Assembly (NCBI GenBank): GCA_041287425.1
Contig: JBEULG010000028.1
Span: 36,299-100,298 of the forward strand
Length of the DNA: 64,000 nucleotides
DNA from: Anaerolineales bacterium
Lineage (GTDB): Bacteria > Chloroflexota > Anaerolineae > Anaerolineales > Villigracilaceae
Reading direction: 5' to 3'
Of the stretch, positions 10,515-19,932 are shown in pieces. The position numbers and the translations under genes were made by a program. The notes under the pieces were generated by a model that saw only the letters and a list, made by a program, of their open reading frames with translations, did not search any database and was not told where the DNA came from. Each line of letters opens with the position of its first letter. Position 1 is the stretch's first letter.

Positions 10515-11822
10515 TCACCTTCCCACCCCCAGCCGGAAGAGGCGAAAACCGGCCGCCTCCCAGGCGGCAGGCGCCCAGACATTGCGCATGTCCACCGCCA
10601 GCCGGGCGGGCGTCAGCCGGGCCAGTTCGGCGGGATCGAGCGCCGCGAATTGGGCATGGTGAACGAGCAAGACGACACACTCGGCCTCCCGGACGGCCTC
10701 CTCCAGGCTGGCGGCGCAAGCGATGCCGGGCAAGCCCTCGGGGCGAAAAGGTTCGAAGGCCCGCACCTGCGCCCCCGCCTCTTGCAGCAAATGGACCACC
10801 TCGGCAGCCGGACTCTCCCGCAAATCGTCCACATCCGGCTTGAAGGCCAGGCCCAGGGCGGCGATCCGTCGCCCGGCCAACGACCCCAGGGCGCGCTCGA
10901 TGAGGCGCAGGGCAAAGTGAGGCTGCGCATCGTTGACCTGCCGGGCCGTGTAAATCAAATCGGCCAAATCGGGTGCGGCCTCGACGAAGAACCACGGGTC
11001 AACGCTGATGCAGTGTCCGCCCACCCCCGGCCCGGGGCTGAGAATCTTGACCCGCGGGTGAAGATTGGCAACCGCAATCGCCTCCCAGACATCCACGCCG
11101 AAACGTTCGGCCAGCCGCGCGAACTCATTGGCAATCGCAATGTTGATGTCGCGATAGGTATTCTCCATCAATTTGACCATCTCGGCGGTGGTCGCGTCGG
11201 TGACGACGATCTGCCCTTTGACGAAGACCGCATACAGGTCGCGCCCCGCCTGACCCGCCGCCGGCGTGACCCCGCCGATGACACGGGCGTTCTCGATCAA
11301 CTCCCGTACGATCTGCCCGGGCAGGACGCGTTCGGGCGAGTAGGCCAGCAGGAAGTCCTGGCCGCCTTTCAGCCCGGATTTCTCCAGCACCGGCTGCACC
11401 AGGTCCACCGTCGTGCGCGGCGGCGAAGTCGATTCAAGCACGACCAGATTGCCCTTTCGCAAGACGGGGACAATCGCCTCGGCAGCCGCCAGGACAGCGC
11501 GCAGGTCGGCTACTTTGTAGCGCTTCCCCGCCCCCTCCCCCAGACGGTCTTCCCGAAACGGGGTCGGGACGGCGATGATGAAGGCGTCGGCTTCGACCGG
11601 CTTGTCGGAAAACGTCAACCGGCCGGAGCGGAGAGCCGCCTCGAAGGTCTCGCGCAGCCCCGGCTCCTGGATATGCAAGTCGCCGCGCCGCAGGGTAGCC
11701 ATCACTTCGGCGTTGACATCCACGCCCACGACTTCGACGCCGTGTGCCGCGAAGGTACTGGCAGTAGGCAGGCCAATATAGCCCAGGCCCAGGACACAAA
11801 TTCGATTGAACTTCACGCGCAC
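10515..11822 (-). CDS. wecC: UDP-N-acetyl-D-mannosamine (nucleotide-sugar) dehydrogenase
   Basis: Rossmann motif ICVLGLGYIGLP and catalytic-Cys region GPGVGGHCISVDP. The track start at 11822 is a GTG. A GTG two codons downstream has better SD spacing, so the start is uncertain by 6 nt. Confidence 0.88.
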   Translation of the reverse strand: MRVKFNRICVLGLGYIGLPTASTFAAHGVEVVGVDVNAEVMATLRRGDLHIQEPGLRETFEAALRSGRLTFSDKPVEADAFIIAVPTPFREDRLGEGAGKRYKVADLRAVLAAAEAIVPVLRKGNLVVLESTSPPRTTVDLVQPVLEKSGLKGGQDFLLAYSPERVLPGQIVRELIENARVIGGVTPAAGQAGRDLYAVFVKGQIVVTDATTAEMVKLMENTYRDINIAIANEFARLAERFGVDVWEAIAVANLHPRVKILSPGPGVGGHCISVDPWFFVEAAPDLADLIYTARQVNDAQPHFALRLIERALGSLAGRRIAALGLAFKPDVDDLRESPAAEVVHLLQEAGAQVRAFEPFRPEGLPGIACAASLEEAVREAECVVLLVHHAQFAALDPAELARLTPARLAVDMRNVWAPAAWEAAGFRLFRLGVGR

Positions 11823-11830
11823 TCCATCTC

Positions 11831-11844
11831 TCGAAAATTTTCGA
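11831..11844. promoter_or_regulatory. Perfect 14-bp palindrome TCGAAAATTTTCGA just upstream of wecC
   Basis: Read directly, 9 nt upstream of the wecC start in the divergent wecC/nfeD spacer. Confidence 0.35.
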
Positions 11845-11991
11845 ACCAGGCCTGCCCGCAGGCAGCCGGAGTCCAGGGCTGGATTCTACCCCAAACCCGC
11901 CCCGGCGTAAAACCAACATCTTCCGATTACGTATGATTAAGAAGTAAAAAACCCCCTCTCATGTTGTATAATAAAAACAGTCGGGAAGGAC

Positions 11992-12606
11992 ATGGGAAAG
12001 ATGGACACATTCCTGCTCAACCCCAACATCGCCTACCTGTTCCTCGTCACCGGCTCGGTGTTGACGCTGCTGGCCATTGTCACACCGGGAACGGGGATTC
12101 TGGAGGTATCGGCGCTCTTCTGCCTGGCCCTGGCTGGCTACGCCCTCTTCAACCTGGGAATCAACCTGTGGGCGCTGATTCTCCTGATTCTCAGCCTGGT
12201 GCCATTCATTTATGCCATCCGAAAGCCGAAACGCGAATGGGCGCTGGCACTGTCCATCCTGGGCTTGATCGTCAGTTCGTTGTACATCTTCCCGCCCTCC
12301 GGCTGGGCGCCGCGCCTCGACCCGCTCTTCGCCATCCTGGGGTCGGTGCTGTCGGGCGGATTCGTGTGGCTGGTCGTCCGCAAGACGCTCCAGGCGCATC
12401 TCGTCCGCCCGGCGCATGACCTGTCCGCGCTGATTGGCCAGATGGGCGAAGCAAAAACCGAGATTCACGAGACCGGCTCGGTCCAGGTCGCCGGCGAACT
12501 CTGGACCGCCCGAAGCAAGAAACCCATCCCGGCCGGCAAAATGGTCCGGGTGACAGGACGCGAAGGCTTCGTCCTGGTAGTCGAACAAGCCGAAAAAGTC
12601 AAATAA
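11992..12606 (+). CDS. NfeD-family membrane protein
   Basis: Four to five hydrophobic segments, then a C-terminal OB-like GSVQVAGELWTARSKKPIPAGKMVRVTGREGFVLVVE. It lies directly upstream of a stomatin gene, the classic NfeD-SPFH pair. Confidence 0.85.
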   Translation: MGKMDTFLLNPNIAYLFLVTGSVLTLLAIVTPGTGILEVSALFCLALAGYALFNLGINLWALILLILSLVPFIYAIRKPKREWALALSILGLIVSSLYIFPPSGWAPRLDPLFAILGSVLSGGFVWLVVRKTLQAHLVRPAHDLSALIGQMGEAKTEIHETGSVQVAGELWTARSKKPIPAGKMVRVTGREGFVLVVEQAEKVK

Positions 12607-12625
12607 TTCAATAAGGAGAAGAACT

Positions 12626-13519
12626 ATGGAATGGACCTTGCTGTTATGCGGCGTCGCCTTCATCGTCATCCTGTTGGTCATCTTCCTGGCCAACGCCATC
12701 CGCATCGTGCCGGAATACCAGCGGCTGGTCGTCTTTCGCCTCGGGCGCTGCATCGGGACGAAAGGGCCCGGCCTGATTCTGCTTATTCCGGTCATCGACC
12801 GGGCGGTCAAGGTTGATTTGCGCGAGCAGGTGCGCGAGATTCCCCACCAGACCTCCATCACCAAAGACAACGCCCCTATCTCGATTGACTTCATCTGGTA
12901 TTACAAAGTGCTCGATCCAACCGAGTCGGTCCTGCAGGTCAGCAACTTCGAGGCGGCTGCCCAAGGCATGGCCACCACCACGCTGCGCGCCGTCATCGGC
13001 GGCATCCCACTGGACGACGTCCTCTCGGAGCGCGAGCACATCAACACCATGTTGCGCACCCGCCTGGACGAGGTCACCGAGCGTTGGGGCGTGAAGGTCA
13101 CCAACGTCGAGATTCGCGAAATCATCCCGCCGCGCGAGGTGCAGGAGGCGATGAACCGCCAGATGTCGGCCGAGCGCGTCCGCCGCGCCGTGGTGACCGA
13201 GTCGACCGGTACGCGCGAGGCGGCCATCAACGTGGCCGAGGGCGAGAAACAGGCCGCCATCCTGAAGGCCGAGGGCCAGAAGCAGGCCGCCATCCTGGAA
13301 GCCGAGGGCCAGCGGCAGGCTCAGATTCTGCGCGCCGAGGGCTTCTCGACCGCCCTGGAAAAGATTTTCGCCGTCGCCAAGACCGTCGACCAGAAGACCA
13401 TGACCCTGCAGTACTTCGACACCCTCAAGGCGTTGGGCAGCGGGGCGGCCACCAAGTTCATCTTCCCGCTCGAATTCACCTCGCTGGTGGAGCAATTCGC
13501 CAAAGGCAAAGAGAAATAA
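12626..13519 (+). CDS. SPFH-domain stomatin-like protein
   Basis: RIVPEYQRLVVFRLGR..GPGLILLIPVIDR..VDLREQ is a stomatin signature. AAGGAG RBS upstream. Confidence 0.92.
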   Translation: MEWTLLLCGVAFIVILLVIFLANAIRIVPEYQRLVVFRLGRCIGTKGPGLILLIPVIDRAVKVDLREQVREIPHQTSITKDNAPISIDFIWYYKVLDPTESVLQVSNFEAAAQGMATTTLRAVIGGIPLDDVLSEREHINTMLRTRLDEVTERWGVKVTNVEIREIIPPREVQEAMNRQMSAERVRRAVVTESTGTREAAINVAEGEKQAAILKAEGQKQAAILEAEGQRQAQILRAEGFSTALEKIFAVAKTVDQKTMTLQYFDTLKALGSGAATKFIFPLEFTSLVEQFAKGKEK

Positions 13520-13546
13520 TCTGCCGCTTGAGCGTGTTAGAATTGA

Positions 13547-13575
13547 GGCCTCCCGCTGTGCGGGAGGCCGTTTTG
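13547..13575 (+). terminator. Intrinsic terminator after the nfeD-stomatin operon
   Basis: GGCCTCCCG-ctgtg-CGGGAGGCC followed by GTTTTGA. Confidence 0.75.
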
Positions 13576-13586
13576 ACGCTCCGTCT

Positions 13587-14030
13587 ATGGAAATTCTGCC
13601 CGCCTCCCTGCGCGATTTGCCTGCCCTGCGCCGCCTCGAACAGGCCTGTTTCCAACAGGACGCCTGGCCGCTGCTCGATCTGATCGCCGTGCTGACCTGG
13701 TCGGGCGTGGTGCGCCTGAAAGCCGTCGAAGACGAGCAGATGGTCGGCTTCGTCGCCGGCGACCTGCGGCCCGGCGAAACTACCGCCTGGATCGCCACCA
13801 TCGGCGTGCTGCCCGCCTACCAGCGGCGCGGCATCGGGCGGGCGCTGCTGCGGGCCTGCGAAGACCAACTGCAGGGCCAACGCATCCGTCTGTGCGTGCG
13901 CACCTCCAACCGGCCGGCCATTCAAATGTACCTGCGAGCAGGCTACGCCTCGGTGGACACCTGGAGGCGCTATTACAAAGACGGAGAAGACGCCCTGGTG
14001 ATGGAAAAAGTCCGCCCGGCGGGTTTATAA
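13587..14030 (+). CDS. rimI: GNAT N-acetyltransferase (RimI-like)
   Basis: 147 aa. Acetyl-CoA motif QRRGIGRALL and RimI-like length and layout. Confidence 0.8.
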   Translation: MEILPASLRDLPALRRLEQACFQQDAWPLLDLIAVLTWSGVVRLKAVEDEQMVGFVAGDLRPGETTAWIATIGVLPAYQRRGIGRALLRACEDQLQGQRIRLCVRTSNRPAIQMYLRAGYASVDTWRRYYKDGEDALVMEKVRPAGL

Positions 14031-14038
14031 TCGAGACG

Positions 14039-15163
14039 ATGACACCGCTCCCTCCACCTGCCTGGATCGCCGCCCCTCACGCCCTGACGCGCCTGGCCGA
14101 GGAACTCTCCCGTCAGCCGCGCCTGGCCGTGGATACCGAGTCCAATTCCCTGCACGCCTACCGCGAACAGGTCTGTTTGCTCCAATTTTCGACCCCCCAG
14201 GCAGATTACCTGGTTGACCCGCTGGCGCTCAAGGACCTCTCCCCCCTGGCAGCTTTGTTCGCCGACCCGGCCATCGAGAAAGTTTTCCACGCCGTCGAAT
14301 ACGACCTGATCGGCCTGCGCCGCGACTACGGCATCACCATCGTCAATCTGTTCGACACCATGCAGGCCGCCCGCATCCTGGGCTACAAGCGCGTCGGCCT
14401 GGACAGCCTCTTGAACGACAAATTCGGCCTCCAGATGAACAAACGTTACCAGAAAGCCGACTGGGCGCGCCGCCCGCTGCCCCCCGACCTGCTCAACTAC
14501 GCCCGGCTGGACACGCACTACCTGCTCGACCTGCGCGACATCCTGCAAGCCGAACTGATGGCGCGGGGATTGTGGCCGCTGGCCCTCGAAGAGTTCGCCC
14601 GCCTCGCCCTGGGCAACGGGAACAACAAGCACGAGGAAGCCCCCTGGCAGAAACTCGGCCGGGCCCACCACCTCGATGGGCAGCAACTGGCCATCCTGCA
14701 AGAACTGTGGGAATGGCGCGAGGCGCGGGCCAGGCGTCTCAACCGACCGGTCTTCAAAATCCTGGGCGAAAAATGGCTGATCGCCCTGGCTCAGAAAATG
14801 CCCCGCGGAATGGAAGATTTGAACCGCCTGGGACTGACCGGCCACCAAATTCACGCCTATGGGCGCGACCTGCTGGCAGCGGTCGAACGCGGCCGCCAGG
14901 CCGCCCCCCTGCGCCACACGCGCCCCTCCAGGCCCAGCCAGGCCTACCTCGACCGGCTGGAGGCCCTCAGTCAGTGGCGCAAAGGGGTCGCCCGCAAAAT
15001 GGGCGTCGATTCAGACATCGTCCTGCCGCGCCCGTTCATGCACGCCATCGCCGAACGCGCCCCCCAAACCCCCGCCGAACTGGCCGCAGCCATGCCCAAC
15101 GCTCCCTGGCGAATCGAACGCTTCGGGGCCGACATCCTGGCCGTCGTCCAGAAAAAGAAATAA
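14039..15163 (+). CDS. rnd: Ribonuclease D (DEDDy 3'-5' exonuclease + HRDC)
   Basis: ORF 13892..15163. Likely start MTPLPPPAW (ATG 14039). Motifs LAVDTESNSL, VFHAVEYDL and ARLDTHYLL, with an HRDC-like C-terminus. Confidence 0.88.
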   Translation: MTPLPPPAWIAAPHALTRLAEELSRQPRLAVDTESNSLHAYREQVCLLQFSTPQADYLVDPLALKDLSPLAALFADPAIEKVFHAVEYDLIGLRRDYGITIVNLFDTMQAARILGYKRVGLDSLLNDKFGLQMNKRYQKADWARRPLPPDLLNYARLDTHYLLDLRDILQAELMARGLWPLALEEFARLALGNGNNKHEEAPWQKLGRAHHLDGQQLAILQELWEWREARARRLNRPVFKILGEKWLIALAQKMPRGMEDLNRLGLTGHQIHAYGRDLLAAVERGRQAAPLRHTRPSRPSQAYLDRLEALSQWRKGVARKMGVDSDIVLPRPFMHAIAERAPQTPAELAAAMPNAPWRIERFGADILAVVQKKK

Positions 15164-15179
15164 CCGCCGAGGAGAGAAG

Positions 15180-16574
15180 ATGCGCATCCACTTCTACGGC
15201 GCAGCCCGCACGGTTACCGGCTCCCAATATCTGTTGGAGGCCAATGGGGCACACCTGCTTCTCGAGTGCGGCCTCTTTCAGGGCCGCCGCGCCGAGACCT
15301 ACGAACGCAACCGCAACTTCCGCTTCGACCCCGCCAGGCTCGATGCCGTCCTGCTTTCGCACGCCCACATTGACCACAGCGGCAACCTGCCCAACCTGGT
15401 CAAACGGGGCTTTGCCGGCCCTATCTACGCCACCCCCGCGACTGCCGACCTGGCCGACATCATGCTACGCGATTCAGGCCACATTCAGGAAGCCGACATC
15501 CAGTGGCTCAACAAACGCCGGCGGGAGCGCGGCGAGTATCCCCTCGAACCGCTCTATACCGAAGAGGACGCCGCCAGCGTCGCCCCGCTGTTCGAACGGC
15601 GGCCCTACAATCAGCCGTTCGAAGCCGCCGAAGGAATCACGGCCGAATTCATCGAGGCCGGGCACATCCTCGGCTCGGCGGCCATCCGGCTCACGGTCCG
15701 CGAGGGCAGCCAGACGAGGCGCCTGTGGTTTTCGGGCGACATCGGCCGCCGCGACCTGCCCCTCCTGCGCGACCCGGTCCTGCCCTCCGAGGCAGACTAC
15801 CTCATGATGGAGTGCACCTACGGCGACAAACCCCACCGCGACCCGGTCAAGGCCCATATCGAGTTTCACCAGGCCGTCTTGCGCACCGTCCGGCGCGGCG
15901 GCAAGGTCATCGTCCCGGCCTTCGCCGTCGGCCGCACCCAGGAACTGGTCTACAGCCTGCACTTGATGGCCGTCGCCGGCACACTCTCGCACATCCCCGT
16001 CTATGTGGACAGCCCTCTCGCCCTCCACGCCACCCAGGTGTTCGAAAAACATCCCGAATGCTACGACGAACAGACGCTCCACTTCATCCGCATCGGTAAA
16101 CACCCGGCCCTTTCTTTCTCCAACCTGAAATATATCCAGAGCGTCGAAGAATCCAAAGCCCTCAACGAGCGCAAAGAACCGATGGTCATCATCTCGGCCT
16201 CCGGCATGGCCGAAGCGGGGCGCATCTTGCATCACTTAAAGAACAACATCGAGGACCCGAAGAACACCATCCTCATCGTCGGCTGGCAGGCCCCCAACAC
16301 CCTGGGCCGCCGCCTGGCCGAGCGCGAACCGTTCGTCCGCATCTATGGGGAGGAATACGCCGTGCGGGCCGAGGTCGTCACCATCGGCGGACTCTCGGCC
16401 CACGCCGGCCAGGACCTGTTGACCGAATACGCCGCGGCGTTGAACGGCGCAGCGAAAGGCGTCATCCTCGTCCACGGCGAGGCGCGCGCCGCCGACGCCC
16501 TGCGCGCCAAATTGAGCGAGGCCGGCATCCGCCGTGTCGTCTACCCCGACCTGTTCACCAGCCTCGAACTTTGA
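15180..16574 (+). CDS. MBL-fold beta-CASP family RNA-metabolising hydrolase
   Basis: ORF 14859..16574. Likely start MRIHFYGAARTVTGS (ATG 15180, GGAGAG upstream). HAHIDHSG motif and beta-CASP region. Confidence 0.88.
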   Translation: MRIHFYGAARTVTGSQYLLEANGAHLLLECGLFQGRRAETYERNRNFRFDPARLDAVLLSHAHIDHSGNLPNLVKRGFAGPIYATPATADLADIMLRDSGHIQEADIQWLNKRRRERGEYPLEPLYTEEDAASVAPLFERRPYNQPFEAAEGITAEFIEAGHILGSAAIRLTVREGSQTRRLWFSGDIGRRDLPLLRDPVLPSEADYLMMECTYGDKPHRDPVKAHIEFHQAVLRTVRRGGKVIVPAFAVGRTQELVYSLHLMAVAGTLSHIPVYVDSPLALHATQVFEKHPECYDEQTLHFIRIGKHPALSFSNLKYIQSVEESKALNERKEPMVIISASGMAEAGRILHHLKNNIEDPKNTILIVGWQAPNTLGRRLAEREPFVRIYGEEYAVRAEVVTIGGLSAHAGQDLLTEYAAALNGAAKGVILVHGEARAADALRAKLSEAGIRRVVYPDLFTSLEL

Positions 16575-16624
16575 TTCTGCCCCTTGCGCCCGCAGAAATT
16601 AAGATATAATACCCGCCGCAACCG

Positions 16625-16712
16625 GGAGAGGTGCCAGAGTGGTTGAATGGGACGGTCTCGAAAACCGTTGTGGGGCTTGTCCCCACCGTGGGTTCGAATC
16701 CCACCCTCTCCG
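16625..16712 (+). tRNA. tRNA-Ser (anticodon CGA), long variable arm; CCA not encoded
   Basis: Acceptor GGAGAGG/CCTCTCC. Anticodon arm ACGGT-CTCGAAA-ACCGT. Variable arm TGTGGGGCTTGTCCCCACC. T arm GTGGG-TTCGAAT-CCCAC. Discriminator G. Confidence 0.93.
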
Positions 16713-16775
16713 CAGAAAAATGTGGCAGCCGCCTGACGGCGACTGTCACATTAACGTTTATGGTAAGATTGCCTT

Positions 16776-17624
16776 ATGAAAATCACCCTTGCCCTGGCCC
16801 AAATCAACACCCAACTGGGAGACCCGCAGGCCAACCTCGAAAAGCACCTGGCCCTGGCCAAACAGGCCTGGACGAGAGGGGCCGATATCCTGCTCTTCCC
16901 CGAACTCTCCCTGACCGGCTACGTGCTGCAAGACCTGGTGCCGGCGGTCGCCCGCCGCCCCGCAGCAGACGACCCCCTCTTCAAAGCGCTGCTCAAGGCC
17001 AGCCAAGACCTCGACCTGGTGGTAGGCTTCGTCGAAGAAGATTCCCGTCACCGCTTCTACATCGCCAGCGCCTACCTGGCCGAAGGCCGCTTCGTTCACG
17101 TGCACCGCAAAGTGCACCTGCCCACCTACACCCTCTTCGACGAGAAACGCTACCTGGCCGCCGGCGACGGCTTCCGCGCCTTCGACACCCGCTTCGGACG
17201 GCTGGGAATGCTCATTTGCGAGGACTTCTGGCACATTTCCTCGCCCTATCTGCTCTGGCTGGACGGCGCCGATCTCCTGCTGATGTCCTCCGCCTCGCCC
17301 GGGCGCGGCATCACCGGCGAACAAATCGGCTCGGCCGAGACGGTCGAGACCGTGACCCGTACCTATGCCCAGTTGTTGACCGTCTTCGTAGCCCACACCA
17401 ACCGGGTCGGCTTCGAGGACGGCTTAAAATTCTGGGGCGGCGCCACCGTCTATGACCCCGACGGCAGCCTCCTGGCCAAAGGCCCCTACGACGAGGAAGC
17501 CCTGACCCTGGCCGAACTGGACCTCGACCAGTTGCGCCGCACCCGCGCCCGTCTGCCTCTCCTGCGCGACGAGCGCCCCGAACTGGTCCGGCGTGAACTG
17601 GAAAGGATTTTGCGCCATGATTGA
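16776..17624 (+). CDS. Carbon-nitrogen hydrolase (nitrilase superfamily), probable glutaminase partner of NadE
   Basis: LLFPELSLTGY (catalytic Glu region) and GMLICEDFWH (catalytic Cys). The stop overlaps the nadE start (ATGATTGA). Confidence 0.85.
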   Translation: MKITLALAQINTQLGDPQANLEKHLALAKQAWTRGADILLFPELSLTGYVLQDLVPAVARRPAADDPLFKALLKASQDLDLVVGFVEEDSRHRFYIASAYLAEGRFVHVHRKVHLPTYTLFDEKRYLAAGDGFRAFDTRFGRLGMLICEDFWHISSPYLLWLDGADLLLMSSASPGRGITGEQIGSAETVETVTRTYAQLLTVFVAHTNRVGFEDGLKFWGGATVYDPDGSLLAKGPYDEEALTLAELDLDQLRRTRARLPLLRDERPELVRRELERILRHD

Positions 17625-18438
17625 CCTATCCATCAATCCTGCCCTGGTTCGCAAATTGCTGGTCGAATTCATCCGCTCGGAAGTGACCCGGGTCGGCTAC
17701 GCCAGGGCGGTGATTAACCTGTCCGGCGGGTTGGACTCGGCCGTCTCCTGCCTGCTGGCCGTCGAAGCGCTCGGCCCAGAAAACGTGCTCGCCCTGCGCC
17801 TGCCCTACAAGACCTCCTCCGCCGATTCGCTCGAGCACGCCCAACTCATCATCGACCAGACCGGCTGCCAGTCGCTGACCCTGCCCATCACCGAGATGGC
17901 CGACCCCCTCATCGAGCGTTTCCCGGAGATGAATCCGGTGCGCAAAGGCAACATCATGGCCCGCCTGCGCATGATCGTCGCCTACGATCAGTCGGAGGCG
18001 TTTCGCGGCCTGGTCATCGGGACGGGCAACAAGACCGAGATTCTGCTCGGCTACACCACCCTGTACGGCGACTCGGCCTGCGCCTTGAACCCCCTCGGCG
18101 ACCTGTACAAGACCCAGGTCCGGCAACTGGGGCGGGCCATCGGCGTCCCGGAAGTCATCCTTGCCAAGCCGCCATCCGCCGACCTGTGGGCTGGTCAGAC
18201 CGACGAAGGCGAACTGGGTTTCACTTACGAGGCAGTGGACCAACTGCTCTACCTGCTGGTTGACCAGCGTTACCGCCCCGAGGAGTGCGTCGCGGCCGGT
18301 TTCGCCGAAGAGTTCGTCCGCAAGGTGATTGAACGCATCCGCCGCAACCATTTCAAACGCATTCCGCCTCCCATCGCCAAACTCTCCAGCCGGACGGTCG
18401 GCTACGACTTCCTTTACCTGCGCGATTGGGGAACCTGA
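17617..18438 (+). CDS. nadE: NAD+ synthetase, single-domain type
   Basis: ORF 17593..18438. Likely start MIDLSINPALV. PP-loop SGGLDSAV. GTGNKTE motif. Confidence 0.9.
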   Translation: MIDLSINPALVRKLLVEFIRSEVTRVGYARAVINLSGGLDSAVSCLLAVEALGPENVLALRLPYKTSSADSLEHAQLIIDQTGCQSLTLPITEMADPLIERFPEMNPVRKGNIMARLRMIVAYDQSEAFRGLVIGTGNKTEILLGYTTLYGDSACALNPLGDLYKTQVRQLGRAIGVPEVILAKPPSADLWAGQTDEGELGFTYEAVDQLLYLLVDQRYRPEECVAAGFAEEFVRKVIERIRRNHFKRIPPPIAKLSSRTVGYDFLYLRDWGT

Positions 18439-18473
18439 TTCCTGCATCCCGCCTCCGAACTCCGAACCCCGCT

Positions 18474-19772
18474 ATGCACATTCCTCCTGCGCTGCGTCAT
18501 CGCCGCTATCTCTACCTGTGGTCAGGGCAGGTCATTTCCATCGCCGGTTCACAAATGCAATGGGCCGCCCTGCACTGGCACATCCGCACGCTGACCGGAG
18601 AACCGAATCCGCTCGCCCTGGGCGGCATCGGCCTGGCGCGTATTCTGCCGGTCATCCTCTTTTCGTTCCTGGGCGGCCCCGCCGCCGACACCTACAACCG
18701 GCGGCGCATCCTGTTCCTGACCCAAACCGTCATGGCGCTGACCGCCCTGGCCCTGGCCGCCCTGACCTTCGAGGGCCGCATCACCATCTGGTTCATCTAC
18801 CTGCTGACGGCTATCCAGGCCGCGGCGCAAGCCTTCGACGGGCCGGCGCGCCAGGCGCTGATTCCCAACATCGTCCCGGCCGGCGATTTGCCCAACGCCT
18901 TCAGCATGTCGTCCATCGCGATGAACACCGGCGCCATCCTCGGGCCGGTGCTGAGCGGCATCGTCATCGCCACGCTGGGACAGGGTTACACCTACCTGTT
19001 CAACGCCCTCTCTTTCCTGGCGGTCATCCTGGCGTTGATGGCGATGGGGGCCGTCGCCCAGGATACACAGAATGCGCCGGGCCTGCATCTCGAAGCGGCT
19101 GTCGCAGGCTTCCGGTTCATTTTCTCGAAACAAATCATCCTTTCGACCATGCTGATTGATTTCGTGGCGACCTTCTTCGCCTCGGCCAAAACCATGCTGC
19201 CCATCGTCGCCCGCGACCTGCTCGGGGTGGGAGAAATCGGCTACGGCTGGCTTTCGGCAGCCGAATCGATCGGCTCGGTGATTGCCGGCGGGATTCTCTC
19301 GCAAGTCGCCACCCTGCGCCGCCAGGGACGGCTGTTCCTCTCGGCCGTGACCGTCTTTGGGCTGGCCACCATCTTGTTCGGATGCGCCTATCGAATCGGC
19401 CCCGGCCTGATTCTGTTCAGCGCGCCGGGGTTGTCGGTCAGCCTGGCCTTCCTGATCGCCTTCCTCGGCCTGGCGCTGAGCGGGGCAGCCGACGCCGTCA
19501 GCACCATCATCCGCAACACCATCCGCCAGTTGAACACCCCCGATCACATGCGCGGACGGATGGTCTCGGTCAACCAGATTTTCTTCCAGGGCGGTCCGCA
19601 ACTCGGCGAGGTGGAGGCGGGCCTTGTCGCCAGCCTGTTCGGGGTCCCGGCCGCCATCATCAGCGGCGGGATCGGGTGTTTGCTGGGAGTCGGCCTGATC
19701 GCCATGAAATGGCCCGAACTGCGCCGCTACAACGGCGACGAACACCTGAGCGCCTCTCTGGCGGCCACCTGA
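18474..19772 (+). CDS. MFS transporter
   Basis: About 12 predicted transmembrane segments; RRYLYLWSGQVISIAGSQMQ is an N-terminus typical of the MFS_3/EntS-like group. The start is uncertain: TTG at 18426 or ATG at 18474. Confidence 0.8.
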   Translation: MHIPPALRHRRYLYLWSGQVISIAGSQMQWAALHWHIRTLTGEPNPLALGGIGLARILPVILFSFLGGPAADTYNRRRILFLTQTVMALTALALAALTFEGRITIWFIYLLTAIQAAAQAFDGPARQALIPNIVPAGDLPNAFSMSSIAMNTGAILGPVLSGIVIATLGQGYTYLFNALSFLAVILALMAMGAVAQDTQNAPGLHLEAAVAGFRFIFSKQIILSTMLIDFVATFFASAKTMLPIVARDLLGVGEIGYGWLSAAESIGSVIAGGILSQVATLRRQGRLFLSAVTVFGLATILFGCAYRIGPGLILFSAPGLSVSLAFLIAFLGLALSGAADAVSTIIRNTIRQLNTPDHMRGRMVSVNQIFFQGGPQLGEVEAGLVASLFGVPAAIISGGIGCLLGVGLIAMKWPELRRYNGDEHLSASLAAT

Positions 19773-19811
19773 CGCTTTCCTGACAAAACCCGTACAAAGC
19801 CACTCAAACGG

Positions 19812-19840
19812 TTGACTTCGCTCTCAAATCGCACTATACT
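19812..19840 (+). promoter_or_regulatory. Near-consensus sigma70-type promoter TTGACT-17-TATACT
   Basis: Read directly in an AT-rich intergenic region 40 nt after the MFS stop. Confidence 0.6.
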
Positions 19841-19895
19841 GAAGGCAGGTAACGCCTATGCGAGTCGTGGTGCAATACCCTGGTCTTGTTTTCTG

Positions 19896-19932
19896 AAAGG
19901 CACGTGGTCGGCGCGCGTGCCTTTCGTTTTTT
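19896..19932 (+). terminator. Intrinsic terminator about 50 nt downstream of the predicted transcription start
   Basis: AAAGGCACG-loop-CGTGCCTTT followed by CGTTTTTTA. Confidence 0.7.

Noticed and set aside
10380-11936. 518-aa plus-strand ORF and similar long shadow ORFs (88..951, 6143..7174, 21000..22175, 43628..44881, 60091..61275)
   Set aside because: Each overlaps, on the opposite strand, a gene with strong family evidence. I judged them to be shadow ORFs caused by GC bias.
16625-16712. Possibility that this long-variable-arm tRNA is tRNA-Sec, given the Sec-containing selD
   Set aside because: The anticodon loop reads CU-CGA-AA (Ser, CGA), not UCA. The acceptor stem is the normal 7 bp, not the 8 bp of bacterial tRNA-Sec.
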